DNA of 64,000 bases from Pseudovirgaria hyperparasitica (Eukaryota). Position 1 is the first letter of the stretch; the number at the start of each line of letters is the position of its first letter. Under the pieces are notes generated by a model that saw nothing but the letters and a program-made list of their open reading frames with translations, ran no database searches and had not been told where the DNA came from. The DNA lies in assembly GCA_010093815.1 (NCBI GenBank), contig ML996569.1; one strand, given 5' to 3'. A program made the translations under genes and the position numbers. Below, in pieces: positions 26,306-38,695 of the stretch.

Positions 26306-27840
26306 ATGGCCTCGAATAAGAACGGGAAGCCAGAAGGAACTGACCCGTGTCTAAGAATCGTGCCACTAGGATTGAACGACGACACTTTCATTAATCGCTG
26401 CGTTGTTGTCAGTGTACTCCTCAAGTTTGATCACAAGTTAGAAACGACAAAGTTGCGCCTTGCACTTGATCGCTTACTCCAATTTCCAACATGGAACAAG
26501 CTTGGGTCGCGAGTGCGGAAGAAGGTCAGCTTCATTATTACTCTTATGTTTTGCGCTAAGTAATGAATCAGAACTCACGATTGGAATTTCACATTCCTCA
26601 CAGCTTTTGCTCTGAGAGACCTGGATACCTCTGGTCCGCAGAATCGACAGCATGCCCGATTGAGAAGCATGTAGCTGGTTCTCAGATTCCATCTCGCTTC
26701 GACAAAGCTTTCGTGGCAAGCTCACCAGACGCTTTGAGACCTCTGATTTTTGATCACGATGCGCCAAGACGACTGCGTGACTACTTAAATGGGGACACTC
26801 CACTTCTTGCTATTCGTGTTATGACATTCGATGACGCGACTACCGTTGCTGTCTCGTGGCCTCACATCATGTCGGATGTGAATGGCATACGGTCATTCTT
26901 AGACGCGTGGAGTCTGGTCATGGCAAAGAGGGATGCAGAAGTCAAATCCTTGCATGGTTTCGATTTTGACCCTCTTGAACCACTGGAGCACCGGGGTCGT
27001 CCCGAGGATTGGGCCCATTGCGACTACATATTGAGTACGCGTCAAAAGGTCAAATGGATAGGTCGCCTTACAGGGGAACTTGTCCGGTATCGGGATTTCG
27101 AGTGGAGGACCTTCTGCCTTCCTTTAGCCCATATTACCAGCCTGAAGAAACTCGCGCTCGAAGAGATGCAGCGTACCGAACCGTCGCCTACGCGGCCGCA
27201 TTTCCTCAGCGACGGCGACATCATCGTTGGCTTTGTCACTCGTATACTAGCTTCGTCACTTCCAACACGATCGGTCGCCATATTCTGTGCTCTATCAATC
27301 CGTAAGTTGTTTCCAGACATCTTTCCACCTGATAAGATCTTCATTGGGAATGCGCTGAGTGCGACCGTGACATTGATACCAAAAGGCGGATCCCCTAGTA
27401 AATCTGTAGGCTATATTGCTGCACATTTTCGTAAAGAATTGAATCTACAGGCGACACAACCTCAACAAGAATCTCTCATGGCGATGAACAGTGCTGCGTA
27501 TCGAAAAGGGAGACTGCCTGAGGCGGCAGTAGGAGACTCGTCAGCAGTGGTATTGGCCTTCACCAATTGGACTCAGGCGCGCTTCTTTGATATTGATTTT
27601 AGCGGTGCGCTGCGTAATGGTGATCACAATGACCCTGCCAGGGCACACCCAGTACTCACCAAGCCATCGTATGTGGGTCAACTGGAGACTGCAAGCCAAA
27701 GGCCCAATTCAAGATACTTGACTGTCATCAAAGGCCAAGATGCAAAAGGCAACTATTGGATCGATGGGGTGTATAGGAAAGCGACATGGGAGGTGATAGT
27801 TCGCTTACTGCATGACATCAACAACGACAATACGACCTGA
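26306..27840 (+). CDS. CoA-dependent acyltransferase (BAHD/transferase-fold, HxxxD)
   Basis: Catalytic WPHIMSD motif and C-terminal NWT..FFDIDFSGA (DFGWG-like). Intron at ~26525-26571. Confidence 0.8.
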
Positions 27841-27887
27841 TAAATCAATGTTCATCCATGGTTCCTGTACAGATCTCTAACAGTTCT

Positions 27888-29687
27888 TTATACCTCTTTG
27901 AAAGACTCTGCACTCCGCACTTCGAAGTCTCTCAGCGCAGCAGCGTCACTTTCACCCCATGGGAATTCCTTCTCTGCCTGCATAATGAGGGTCTTTTTTG
28001 CGTCACTTCGGGGCATGACCATCGCAATATACTTGATCGGGTGGCTAACAACACCGGGCTCGAATTTCAACTCAGGCTCAACAGTCTTACCACTACTGTC
28101 TACCGGCTTCAAAATATCAAATACAGCTAAGGCTTGGGCAATAGTGACGAACAAAGCGTTATCTGCAACGTGACGGCCTGGGCAGACGCGTCGACCGTAG
28201 CCAAACGTCCAAGTGCGCGGATCCGCTTCAGGAGTATGTGTTGGTGACGCGAGAAAGCGTTCTGGTTTGAATAGACTTGGGTTCTGGTAGACAGTAGGAT
28301 CATGGGTGAACCACCTGGGAACAAGTCAGAACGTCGAGTGCCCAGAGCACAGATGGATAGTATCATGCACGCACCAGTTGTTCGGAAGGAGCAAGGCGCC
28401 TTTGGGGATACGATATCCATTGATGCTGTCATCCTTATCGGCGCAATGTGGCAGCGCCATCGGAGCGACCGGATGCCAGCGATGGACTTCTTTGACAATA
28501 GCATCAATGTACGGTAGTGTTCCTTTATCGGCGCTAACGGGGAGCCTGTCACCGCCAATGACGCGGTCAAGCTCCTCCTGTGCTTTTTTCTGTACGTTTG
28601 GGCACACCATCATAGCAAGGAAGAAGGTCATCAGGGATGATACAGTTGTGTCCGCACCGCCCAGATACATGGACGACGCGGACCACTTGTGTATGCGCTC
28701 CATCTGGGCATCGGCGCCGATGTTCTCCAGAGCCTGAGTGAGAAAGGATGTCTTGGCCTTACCTTTGCGCATTTGTTCTTTCACGAACTCATATGGACGC
28801 TCAGTAGTCTCTTGCAGCTGCTTAGCCATGCTACGCGCCGTGCCTTTGAATCCGGCGCCAGGAGCCCAGTCCGGAAGAAAACGCACTATGACTGTTAGCG
28901 CCTCCGGACCGTTGAAAGAAGCATTTCCATCATGTTGATCAACTTACAGAACGGGAAAACATCCACGAGGTATTTGCCTGGTACGGTCGAATCTGCAAAT
29001 TCATGCATGGTCTTGACCGCCATATCGACCAGGGGATCCTTGCCATCGTGTTTCGGTGTGTAGCCGTACGTGATGCGCAAGATCACAGCCCCAGCCTGTT
29101 TCTCAATATGGTCGAACAGGTCTTCTGGGGCTCGAAGGATGTTCTGAAGGAAATGTGCAGCTTCTTCTTCTTGCACGCGATCAAAGACAGAGACAGCAGT
29201 GCTTAAACCGGCTACCTTTGCGATATTCTTTCGGTGCTGGCGGAATACTTCCGTATACCCGCTCATAGCTAACGTATTGTTCCATCCGATCCTGTGTTTG
29301 GGCGGTCAGTGATTGCATACTGAAGCTAATTTGTATCGTAGTTTACATCTGACTGCTGAAAAACATATTCGGCCGACCAGAGTGGACCGCCGCCCTGTCC
29401 CTCAACAACTCCAATGCGATATTGGCGTCATTAATGATCACGAAAGTATTGCCCAGCACCGTGATCGAGCTAATCGGACCATAAAGTTCCTTATGCTTGA
29501 GCCAGTGGTGGCATTCCAGCTCACCTGGCTTTGGTAAATCATTTACATTACCTAAAACCGGTAAACCCCTCGGACCTGGAGGCAAAGGCAGACTGCTTTT
29601 GTTCGAGTACCTTGATGCGCGGTAGGCGAGGTACAGCCCGGCGACAACGAGAAAAACAAGCAGGTTCGTAACAATGAGGCCAGCCAT
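27888..29687 (-). CDS. Cytochrome P450 (OrdA/CYP64-clan-like)
   Basis: TM anchor plus PPGPRGLP, GGADTT, EVHR, KPERF and heme motif FGYGRRVCPG. About three short introns. Confidence 0.93.
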
Positions 29688-31178
29688 ATTGGAAAAAGCA
29701 ATCGGCGAACGGGCCCCGGGGCAGCAGGGACGAAGGTATAAAGTTCCAGTTACATGGTGGAGCGTAATCATCGAACCACGACGCCTGCTTAGGTGTGAAA
29801 CTTGTTGCATGCAGTCGACCGACGGGCTCCACTGTGTAGATGCTGTTGGCTCTTGGCGAGCAAGGCCCAGAACAATGGTCCGGACTGTGACAAAAACCTA
29901 CGTACGGAATGCCTTCCATTCCCAAGAGCAAAGGCACGAATGGAACTTCAGTGGGTGGAGAGGGCGGATGCAGCATCTCTGATCCGCGACTCGAGACTGG
30001 ATCAGATACTATATGTTCTGCAGAAAAGCCCCTCTTACATGGTGCCGGCGGCTGATACATTGCGTCCGCTGCTAACTACTTTCAGTGTTTGTGAGCGTTG
30101 CGTGCCCCACCATGTGTGCTGGCAAGATAATGAGCTTGAACGAGGCGTCAAGGACCCACGGCAACCACTAACAAATCTTGTGTGGCTCACATAACAGCAC
30201 AATGATCATAGCTATTCCTTACTTAATGTAGCTACAACGGAATTCTATCCATAGCCCAGAGCAACACCATAATCGCCAGCCATACACGTTGCCCACTGTC
30301 AAAGCTGTGCCCGGGACAAAATTTCCCACAGACCCACCATTTACATCAAAACAAAGTCTGGTACAAGGGTTCGTGCCGCCCCATACCCTGCTTGCCGCCC
30401 CGTTCCTCCGCACCCCACACTCGGCAGTGTATTAATTCGCCATCATAATGTCCGGCACTAGGGACTTGTCCGGACCCGTGCGCGGAGCTGGTAGCTAATG
30501 CCGATAGACTGGGCTAGGATAGTGGAGGACAGGGATCCTGCTTGACCTAGAAGTGGTGGCAGCTTATCAAAAGCAGCGCCGTAAAAGAAATATGGCCAAC
30601 CATATTCTAGCGATCCTCATATCAATCCTGGTGGGCGCAGAACTGGTTATAGCAGAGACTATGGCGACTAAAAAGCGTTTTAGACAGCGACGATCAGGGA
30701 ACCCATTCCCTTTTAGTGCCCCTGTGGCGTCTTCTGAATGGGACGCCACGCTGGATCCACTTCGAAACGTCCATCACCATCGATCGTAGCAGCAGACTCT
30801 ACTATAAAGCGAGATTTAGCAATGCTTCCAAAATCACTAGTCACTTCGTACAAGAGTGCTCCTACAGCCAACAGGCCTGGATTCCAGGATCAGGAGAGCG
30901 ACTCTCTTGGCAGTACACACGCTCTTGAACCCAGCAGCGACACTAATACCCAATTCCCTACGTTCGCATGATTCGATAAAGAATCTTGTGGGTTCTACGG
31001 ACGAATTCTGACGACTCGAGCTTCAAGGGTCTCTTTGCCTGTCCAGGGGCAACAAAAAACAGTCTTTCATTATCACAGTATTTAGCATTGGTCTACACCT
31101 CCGCGTTTGTGTCCTTGGATATAGTTTTCAATCTCATGCAATTGGTGCCCTTGGACGTTGGCATTGAATATCACGAAA

Positions 31179-32698
31179 ATGAAGACAGCCGGCCTATTCC
31201 TTACGCTTTGTGCAGCGGTACATATTGTCGTTGCACAGCAAAGTGCATACGACTTTCTCGACACACTTCCAAGTTGTGCGGTAAAGTTTCACTCATCTCG
31301 GTGTCTCATCTATCGCTAATATTCCTTCAGTCACGTTGTGTAGTGGCCAGTCTATCAGCCTCAGCCTGTGCATCAGATGATTTCAGTTGCCTATGCTCTG
31401 ACGCAAATTTCCTAGCCGTCTCCGCTGCCTGTAATAATGCCAACTGCACAATGATCGAAACTTTGGCAGCAACAAATCAAACCTTTGGGATATGTGGTAT
31501 CAAGATACGCGATCAAAGTGCTCTCCTAATAGGGTTGTCAGCTTCGGTAGGAAGCGTGGCTTTATTAATGGTCATCGTTCGATTGCTCGATCGCGGGATA
31601 TCCATGACTGCAGAATTGGGATGGGATGATCTGCTTATCGGCGTCTCTGGGGTATGTCTCGCAAGATTGCATATATACGGTATGCATAGTAACTGACGCT
31701 TCTTTAGGTCTTGTCCATCGGTATGAATGGTCCTGTCATCGCCGCCGGAGTTATGGGATTCGGACGAGACATGTGGGCAATGACACCTGATAACATCACC
31801 GCAAGTTTGAAGGTAAGGCAACCTCCTCTGCCCTTTCAGCTCCAGGTATGATAGCTCACTAAATCGACAGGTTCTCTACGTCGCGTACTTCACTTACATG
31901 CTTTCCGAATGTTTTTGTCAGCTCTCAATCCTCGCATTCTACCTTCGCATTATGGTCAATAAAAAAATCCGCATGGCTGTGTGGGTCCTCATCATAATGG
32001 TGATCGGTTTTGGTATTGGCAACACAGTCGCCATGATATTCCAATCTACGCCAATTCGTTACTTCTGGGATGGTTGGAAAGGAGACATGGTCGGCTACTA
32101 TGGGGTGGACGTTCGCTTGTTCGGTTTCATACGCGGTTCATTTGAGATTTTGCTTGATCTGGTCATTCTGAGTTTACCGCTGCCAATGCTGCTGGCTTTG
32201 CAAATGAGCAGAAAGAAGAAAGCGCAAATCATCAGTATGTTCTGTGTGGGGTTTATCATAACGATCGTAAGTTGCATCCGGCTGTGGAGCTTCGTGAGGT
32301 TTGCTCAGAGCACGAATCCGACTTGTAAGTCTAATCCGTTCTCCTTATTGATATGTCTGCTGATACAGAAAGATGATAACACTGCTGGCCTCATTACCTG
32401 CGCCACTGAGGGTAACCTCTTCATCGTAGTTGCTTGCATGCCTGCAATGCACGCTTTCCTTCGGCGCACCTTCAGAAGCGCTCGCAACAAATACGGATCC
32501 GGGACTCGCGTTCAGTATGACAGTGGACATGCCAGTAAAGGGTCATACGTGCGACATGATTCCAGCAGTCAGAAGAATGATCATCTTCCCTTTGGCGTGA
32601 TCAACAAGACAACCGATGTTACAGTTTATCACACTAATCGCTCCAGCTCCTCAGATGTTGAGCTAGTACCCATTGACGGCCCCATGCGGTCTCTATAG
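31179..32698 (+). CDS. CFEM-domain PTH11-like GPCR (fungal rhodopsin-domain membrane protein)
   Basis: Signal peptide MKTAGLFLTLCAAV and a Cys-rich CFEM (LPSCA|SRCV..C..DFSCLC..C...C). Also LGWDD, SILAFYLRI, DLVILSLPLP, F.VG.....S.IRL and ACMP. Several GT-AG introns, the first at 31281-31330. Confidence 0.88.
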
Positions 32699-34842
32699 GA
32701 TGCTTGGATGTATCATTGTGTATTGTTTAATGTATAACGATCTCGTATGTAGCAACTGTAAATTGCTCCCGTTTCTCTACGAACTTACAATCGACATGGC
32801 TCAGCCTTTCTTTAGTCATAGGCCCAGTAGACTTCATTGAACTCTTACATAAACATGAGATTAGCCGTAATGTCACTCACGACTCTACAGTGAATTCCAT
32901 ATATAGATCAGCTTCGTTTTGCCGCATAGACGGCTAGGGAATTGTGGTAGTGCGGATTCTGAATAATTCTTGACCGCATCTTATTGAATACGACTAAGAG
33001 TCGTCACTCCCGAATATACTCGTTAAGACCTCAATCAGGCCTACAAATGCGAGGTTGATGGCTATAGAGACTAGGGAGGAATAGTTTTGGGCTGATACCG
33101 ACATTAAGCAGAGACAATTTCAAATTCAGGGTACTAGGTGAGTATCGGCCTACTTTAGTGTGGCGTTTGTCAGATAACTTCTAGCATGCATAGATTGTGG
33201 TGACTCTGCGGAAGGTATCACAACTGGAAGCCGTGTCTGGTTGGCACCGTGTGAGTAGCCTATGGTTGTGGTCAGGTATTATAGCCCTAAGGATACTGGA
33301 GATATTTGTAGATGTTTTCCGTGTTATGAACGGAAGATCCAGAAGATGGACAGAATAATCGAGAAACTGTCAGGACGAACCTTGTCGAAACGCAGTATGA
33401 TGCAAGGGGGCTTAGTTATCTAGAAAGTATCGATTTGGTACCCGAAGACGCGTCTTAGCTATACTACGAGGCGTGTCCCCTACTAAAGAAGAGAGAGCGT
33501 TTGCGGCTTGGTTTTATGGTTCCCTGGACAGATGTCACATAGGTTTCCCTGACCCGTAACGCAGCCACATCTCACGCGCCTCTATGATCGACCGGTTCTT
33601 ATTATGACTTCGTATCCACGTTTAGTCGCTGCACTTTATCCATAGCATCAAATAATTTTCCTTCCAGGACCGAATTCCGCAGATACTTTGCCAGGCGACT
33701 CTTCATAATCAATGACACACTCAGCTGAGGCCATATCTTACTAACAGGACCAGATACAGGACTAAGCACTACCTTAAATAGGGCGAGACAAACTGCGGTA
33801 TGAGATCTCATAGTTGCTATACACATGGTCCTCGTCTTGGTTAAGGGAGCGAAGGAGACGATTTGTGAGACCATGCTTGCGGGAGTCTTAAGATGAGCTA
33901 CACGATCCAGTAGATCCAATGGCAGTTCAAGAACATGAGAATGCGTTGTAAGCAAAGGCCAATCGATCTACACGAGGACCGCATAATCGAACCAGCGTAG
34001 GAACCGACCACTGGAGAGAAGATAAGTATAACCGCTGTTTACCCAGACAGACACAGGCATCTGTAGATAATTAGGACGTCTCTGTACTATACAGGGAGAG
34101 TTAATGCGCACCAGGGTTTGTGAACAAGTCAAGCAGGTCCTGAGCGTGCTCGTTCGAAATGCCACACAGCTATGAGCGCATCGGAGCATGGGATCTAAGG
34201 AGATCTCACTGCTAGCGGGATGTCTTGACGACTAGCCACCGGTAATTTCAAGAATATAGATGTCTTCGCGGAGGTGAGCCATTTTTATTTCTAGGGTCAG
34301 AGGACGAAACTAGTACTTATCATCAATCCATAGTGCAGCTACAATGTAGGGATCAGCTTTAAAGTATGAGTTTACTCTATGTCTCGCTCAACTTTTGTAG
34401 AAGGAACAACTCTCTCTATCACACTAGTTATTAGCGTTGTATACTTAAGTCTCATCCTGTAGACTTGATCCTTTAGACAATACAACTTCATCAGACTTCA
34501 ACAACTTTTACACGTCCGACACTATTTAATGCAGCCTTCCAGGTTATGTCGCACTTTGTCACTACAATTTTTTCCTCATCTTCTTCCTGCTCAGTTCGCC
34601 ATTAATCTGTCTAGCATAGCAAGAGCAGCCGGAGTATTCAGATCTCCCGTAACAGGGTTTGTAGCATACAGATCGCCGAGGGCTTGCTCAGTCATATGTC
34701 AATGATAGTCCGTAGCTAGCCGTAAGTCCTGTGATGCAGCACTGTACTATTCATGCTATACCATTAGAGATCGATATGGTATATTCCAATGATGAGAATA
34801 CTAGAGTCATCGATATTATAGTGACAAACCGCATTATAGGGT

Positions 34843-35478
34843 TCAAATCGAGTCGGTAGCTCTTGCGAGATCACGACCAAAGTCTTCCATGTTTTTCTCC
34901 TGTGCTTGCTCGCTAGAAATGCGTAGATCAGGTCTGGTATTACTGACTCGGGCAAGGTCATCGACAGACTCCAGGGATCGGACATCCTCACCAACAATCT
35001 TTTCAATGACTTTCACCTTTGCCTTCGCTCTCTTGTAGCGATTGTCAAAGTCGGCTACAGCGTCTTCGTTGTTGCGCGTGTCGTACGTATCTGGGTCAAC
35101 CAGATCCCTGAGTGTAGTAATATGTTTCCGAAGTCGGGGATTCTCCATTAAGGAAGGTAATTCTGCATTGGCAGCATGCTGTTAAAGCGAAGTGTCAGAC
35201 GTAGAAAGCCCTGACTGTTTCGGGACCTTCTTAGGCCTCACCACATTGTTTTCACCTGAGTGTTCTTCGCCTATAGTATGCAGTCTTTGCATCCAAACTT
35301 TGGACTGACCAGATAGTCGGCCTAGAGCAACGAACTTCTCAAAGCCTTTCTCCAGGCCGAAGACTCTACCTTCGATGCGCCCTGCGCGTGAGCCATCGGC
35401 AGCGCCAGCATCGTAGCCCTCTTGGTAAAAAGAGTCTTCTAGGCTGTGAAGATCTTCGAATAAGTCAGCACTGTCCAT
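34843..35478 (-). CDS. LTO1: LTO1/ORAOV1-like protein (Yae1_N deca-GX3 domain)
   Basis: LEDSFYQEGYDAGAADGSRAGRIEGRVFGLEKGFEKF (GX3 repeats). A 63-nt intron at 35179-35241 (GTGAGG..CTGAC..TAACAG) joins the two ORFs in frame. Confidence 0.75.
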
Positions 35479-35559
35479 GGCCTTATGCAAACTTCCAGAG
35501 CGACAGTGCGGTGATGTGCAAGCGTTAATTATAAAACGACCCCCCCAAGTTCAAGCTTA

Positions 35560-35630
35560 GCTTGGCGTCACGTGCGCATGCGCTTCCTTGGCTGATCCAG
35601 TCGCGTCGTTCTAACCCCACGCGTCGAGTA
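35560..35630. promoter_or_regulatory. Short bidirectional promoter with an E-box (GTCACGTG 35567-35574) and MCB-like sites (TCGCGT 35601, ACGCGT 35619)
   Basis: Motifs seen in the ~240-bp gap between the LTO1-like gene and RAD52. MCB sites fit a G1/S-regulated DNA-repair gene. Confidence 0.45.
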
Positions 35631-35715
35631 CGGAACCGGACACAGGTACAGACTACCTCACAACGTTGAGCGCTGACACTGCAATGAATGTGGGTTAAGC
35701 CGTGCTCTCGGAATC

Positions 35716-37454
35716 ATGCCTTCGTCAGTGTCTCCGATTCATTGCTTCAACCACATGCTGACACACATTCTAGCAATGGCGACCAGAAGGCCCTGGCCGC
35801 ATCTATCGCGAACCCGTTTGATGATGAACCTCTTCGTGTACAGGATTCGACTGCGCACGACATAGCTACACTCCAAGCGAGATTAAACAAGCAGCTTGGT
35901 CCAGAGTTTATATCTACAAGAGCGGGTCCAGGAGGCGGGAAGGTGGCATATATAACGGCAGAGAAGGTCATCAATCTTGCAAACGACGTCTTTGGTTTCA
36001 ATGGTTGGAGTAGCAGCATACAGCAAGTCCAAATTGACTTCGTGGACGAGAACACTAGCAATGGAAAGATCAGCCTGGGCTTGAGTGTCACGGTGCGGGT
36101 AACTCTGAAGGACGGCACATATCACGAAGATATAGGGTACGGCAGCATTGAAAATGCACGAGGCAAGGCAGCAGCATTTGAGAAGGCTAAGAAAGAGGCT
36201 GCCACAGATGCAATGAAAAGGGCTTTGCGTACATTTGGCAATCTGCTTGGTAATTGTCTTTATGACAAAGATTATCTTGCCAAGGTCGGGAAGCTGAAAG
36301 TCGCGCCTGCGAAATGGGACGTCGACAAACTTCACAGGCATCCAGACTATCGGCCAAAGGATGAGGCTGTCCCTACACCCTCGAATTTCAAACAAGAAGC
36401 TCTAGTGAGAACGCGAACGAATCAATCGACAGGCTCCATGGACTTTGAAGATGAGCTTGGGGGCAGTCTTTTCGACGAAGTGGAGGTCAGTGAGGTACAT
36501 GGAGACGAAGTCTCGATGCAGACAGTCTCGGATGGGGAGAACCTCGCGAACATGTCAAGTACGTCCAAGCAGGCTTCTAGATCCATGGCGCCTCCCCAAA
36601 GAAATCATATGTCACGCATGCAATCCATGCCTGCGTTGCAGACTGCCCAACCTGTACAAGGTCAGACTCATGCTCAGGAAGATCCCTTTGCGGAACAGAA
36701 ACATCAAGCTAGGATGGCAGCAATGGCCCGGAGGGCGGCGTTCCAGCTGTCGACAGATCATGGCGTTGTAGTGCGCCCTCCACAGCAAGCGACATATCAT
36801 CAAAACCCAGCCCAGAATACAGCAGCAACCCCAACAATTGTGTCAAAACAAGGTCAGGCTGAGTCCAAGGACAACTCATCATCCGCGGGAAATCACAACG
36901 CAGGTGCTAACCCTGGTCCTGTTCAAAATACTCCAGAACAGCAACCTCCTCCGGCTGCTAACGTAAATGCCGGCTTGCCAGTGTTTGTATCATCACGAGC
37001 TGCAGCAATGCTGCAGCAACCCACGGCAGAGTCCCCGAAAACTTTACCAGTCTTCAATCCCCACGCCGAATCCCCATCTCTCCGTCGCACAAGTGGCATT
37101 GACCACAGGCGCTCTGGTCCTGTCCCAAGAGAAGCAGTAAATATTCAACCGACGGTGGTGAATCGTAATGGACAATTGTCAAACGGAACCTCAGCTCTGC
37201 CTATGCTGCAGCCGGGCCCTCAAAATCCAACAGCACGTGCAAATTTCGTCGACCCCAGAGCAGACACAAATCGAAGAATTGGTATGCCTGGCGGCGCACA
37301 AAGTCCATTGGCGAATCGAGGCTCATACAAGCCGCCCGGGCCTGCGACTGGAATCAAAAGGCCTCCCCTTGTGGACGTCAGCAATGTAACAGATGCTGCA
37401 GGCTCTATCGGTGATCCAATGGAATCGAAGAAGGCCAGGGTTGGAGGAGCGTAA
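35716..37454 (+). CDS. RAD52: DNA repair and recombination protein Rad52/Rad22
   Basis: LGPEFISTRAGPGGGKVAYI, FGFNGWSS, DGTYHEDIGYG and KAKKEAATDAMKRALR. Likely start MPS, then a short intron, then NGDQK. Confidence 0.95.
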
Positions 37455-37675
37455 CGACAGGAGGAGCAACAACCCAACACGTTGCATGGCGCGAAGGTGT
37501 TATTGGCGCTTACGGATCAATAGCGATATCTATAAATCAACACTTCGATCTTTTGACATGACTTAACGTTGCGCAAATGCAATTCAAGCACGCTATAACT
37601 AAATATGAAGCTGACATGTCTGTAAAAACGAATAAACCCGTATTGGCCAGCAAAAGGAAGCTTCTTTTAACACAA

Positions 37676-37783
37676 CGTTCTTCAGATAACCCTTTCGGGA
37701 AGTTCGCATCAAAGGCCACAATGCCGCTTTGGGATCAAGGCAGCCTCAGTGCTTGACTCTATTAGGTTCTTCATCATTGAACG
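37676..37783 (-). ncRNA. snR66: Box C/D snoRNA, snR66-like (guides 25S rRNA Um2417, yeast numbering)
   Basis: C box ATGATGA (37771-37777), D' CTGA (37746-37749), D CTGA (37682-37685) and terminal stem CGTTC/GAACG. An 11-nt guide is complementary to LSU GCUUGACUCUA, and the D'+5 rule points at the second U. Confidence 0.8.
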
Positions 37784-38695
37784 CGTGCACACCTCTCACG
37801 ATCTCATCAGACTTGATAAGCTTCGCCCCAACATACGTCCATCTAGCCATCATTGCATCATCAGAGTCCTACTCGCACGACCGAGCAAAGGCATGCGCAC
37901 AACGCACCCTCCAGACCCAAAAAAAAGTGAGCTCCTCGCCTCATGAATAAGCCCCATCAAGATAACCCCACCACGTTTCCGCAGCGAGGACAATCGCATA
38001 ACTATCAAACTCGACGAAGATTCTCCCACGCTCACCTTATTCCCAAGCACCGACTCCCATGTTTCACAGCCCTCCTCCTAGTGCTCAGCTCAGCCCGCTA
38101 CCAACCCAGCAACACAACGGACTCACAAAAGATCGTTGTCCAGAATGTTGTGCACAAGGAGATGGGGTGAGATGGGTTGAGAACGTGGAGTGCGAACGGG
38201 TGGTGTGAAGGTGGTAGATTTGGGCAGAGAACGGGGACCGCGAAAGTGCGTCTATGGCGGCGCGGCGACGCGTTTGCACGCAATATGAATTGCATGCTGT
38301 CCGGGGACTTTTCCCAAAGCTAAGTTTGTATGCGAAGACAGCAAGCTGTGCTTCTGTGTGTGTGCTTCGATTGCGATTTTTTGAACGAGGAGCTGCTGAA
38401 AGAAAAATTGCCAGGCAGCTAAGAACCTTTATAACTAGAGGCACTGTGCGGCCGGGAACTCGTCGGCCTGTAAGCCGCGCACGGACATCTGCTGGACACC
38501 CTCAGGCAGCATTTTCTCGAGCTGCCTTAGGTAGAGCCTATGTAGTGCGTCTCATGCATTTGTTTGCTTGAAAGACGAATACAAAAGTTGCACTTTCACA
38601 TTGCGTATCGCAACGCCGTCGCCAATATCCTTCGCCCACGTTCAAACGCTCTTCTCCCTACCTCTCCACTCCCGCCCTCCTCGAATCCGCCCGAC

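Noticed and set aside
35182..35184. In-frame stop suggesting an LTO1-like pseudogene or readthrough
   Set aside because: It lies inside a 63-nt intron with donor, branch and acceptor signals.
37805..37856. Second C/D-like pair (ATGATGG..CTGA) upstream of snR66
   Set aside because: The C box is imperfect, the unit is too short, and rRNA complementarity is only about 8 nt.
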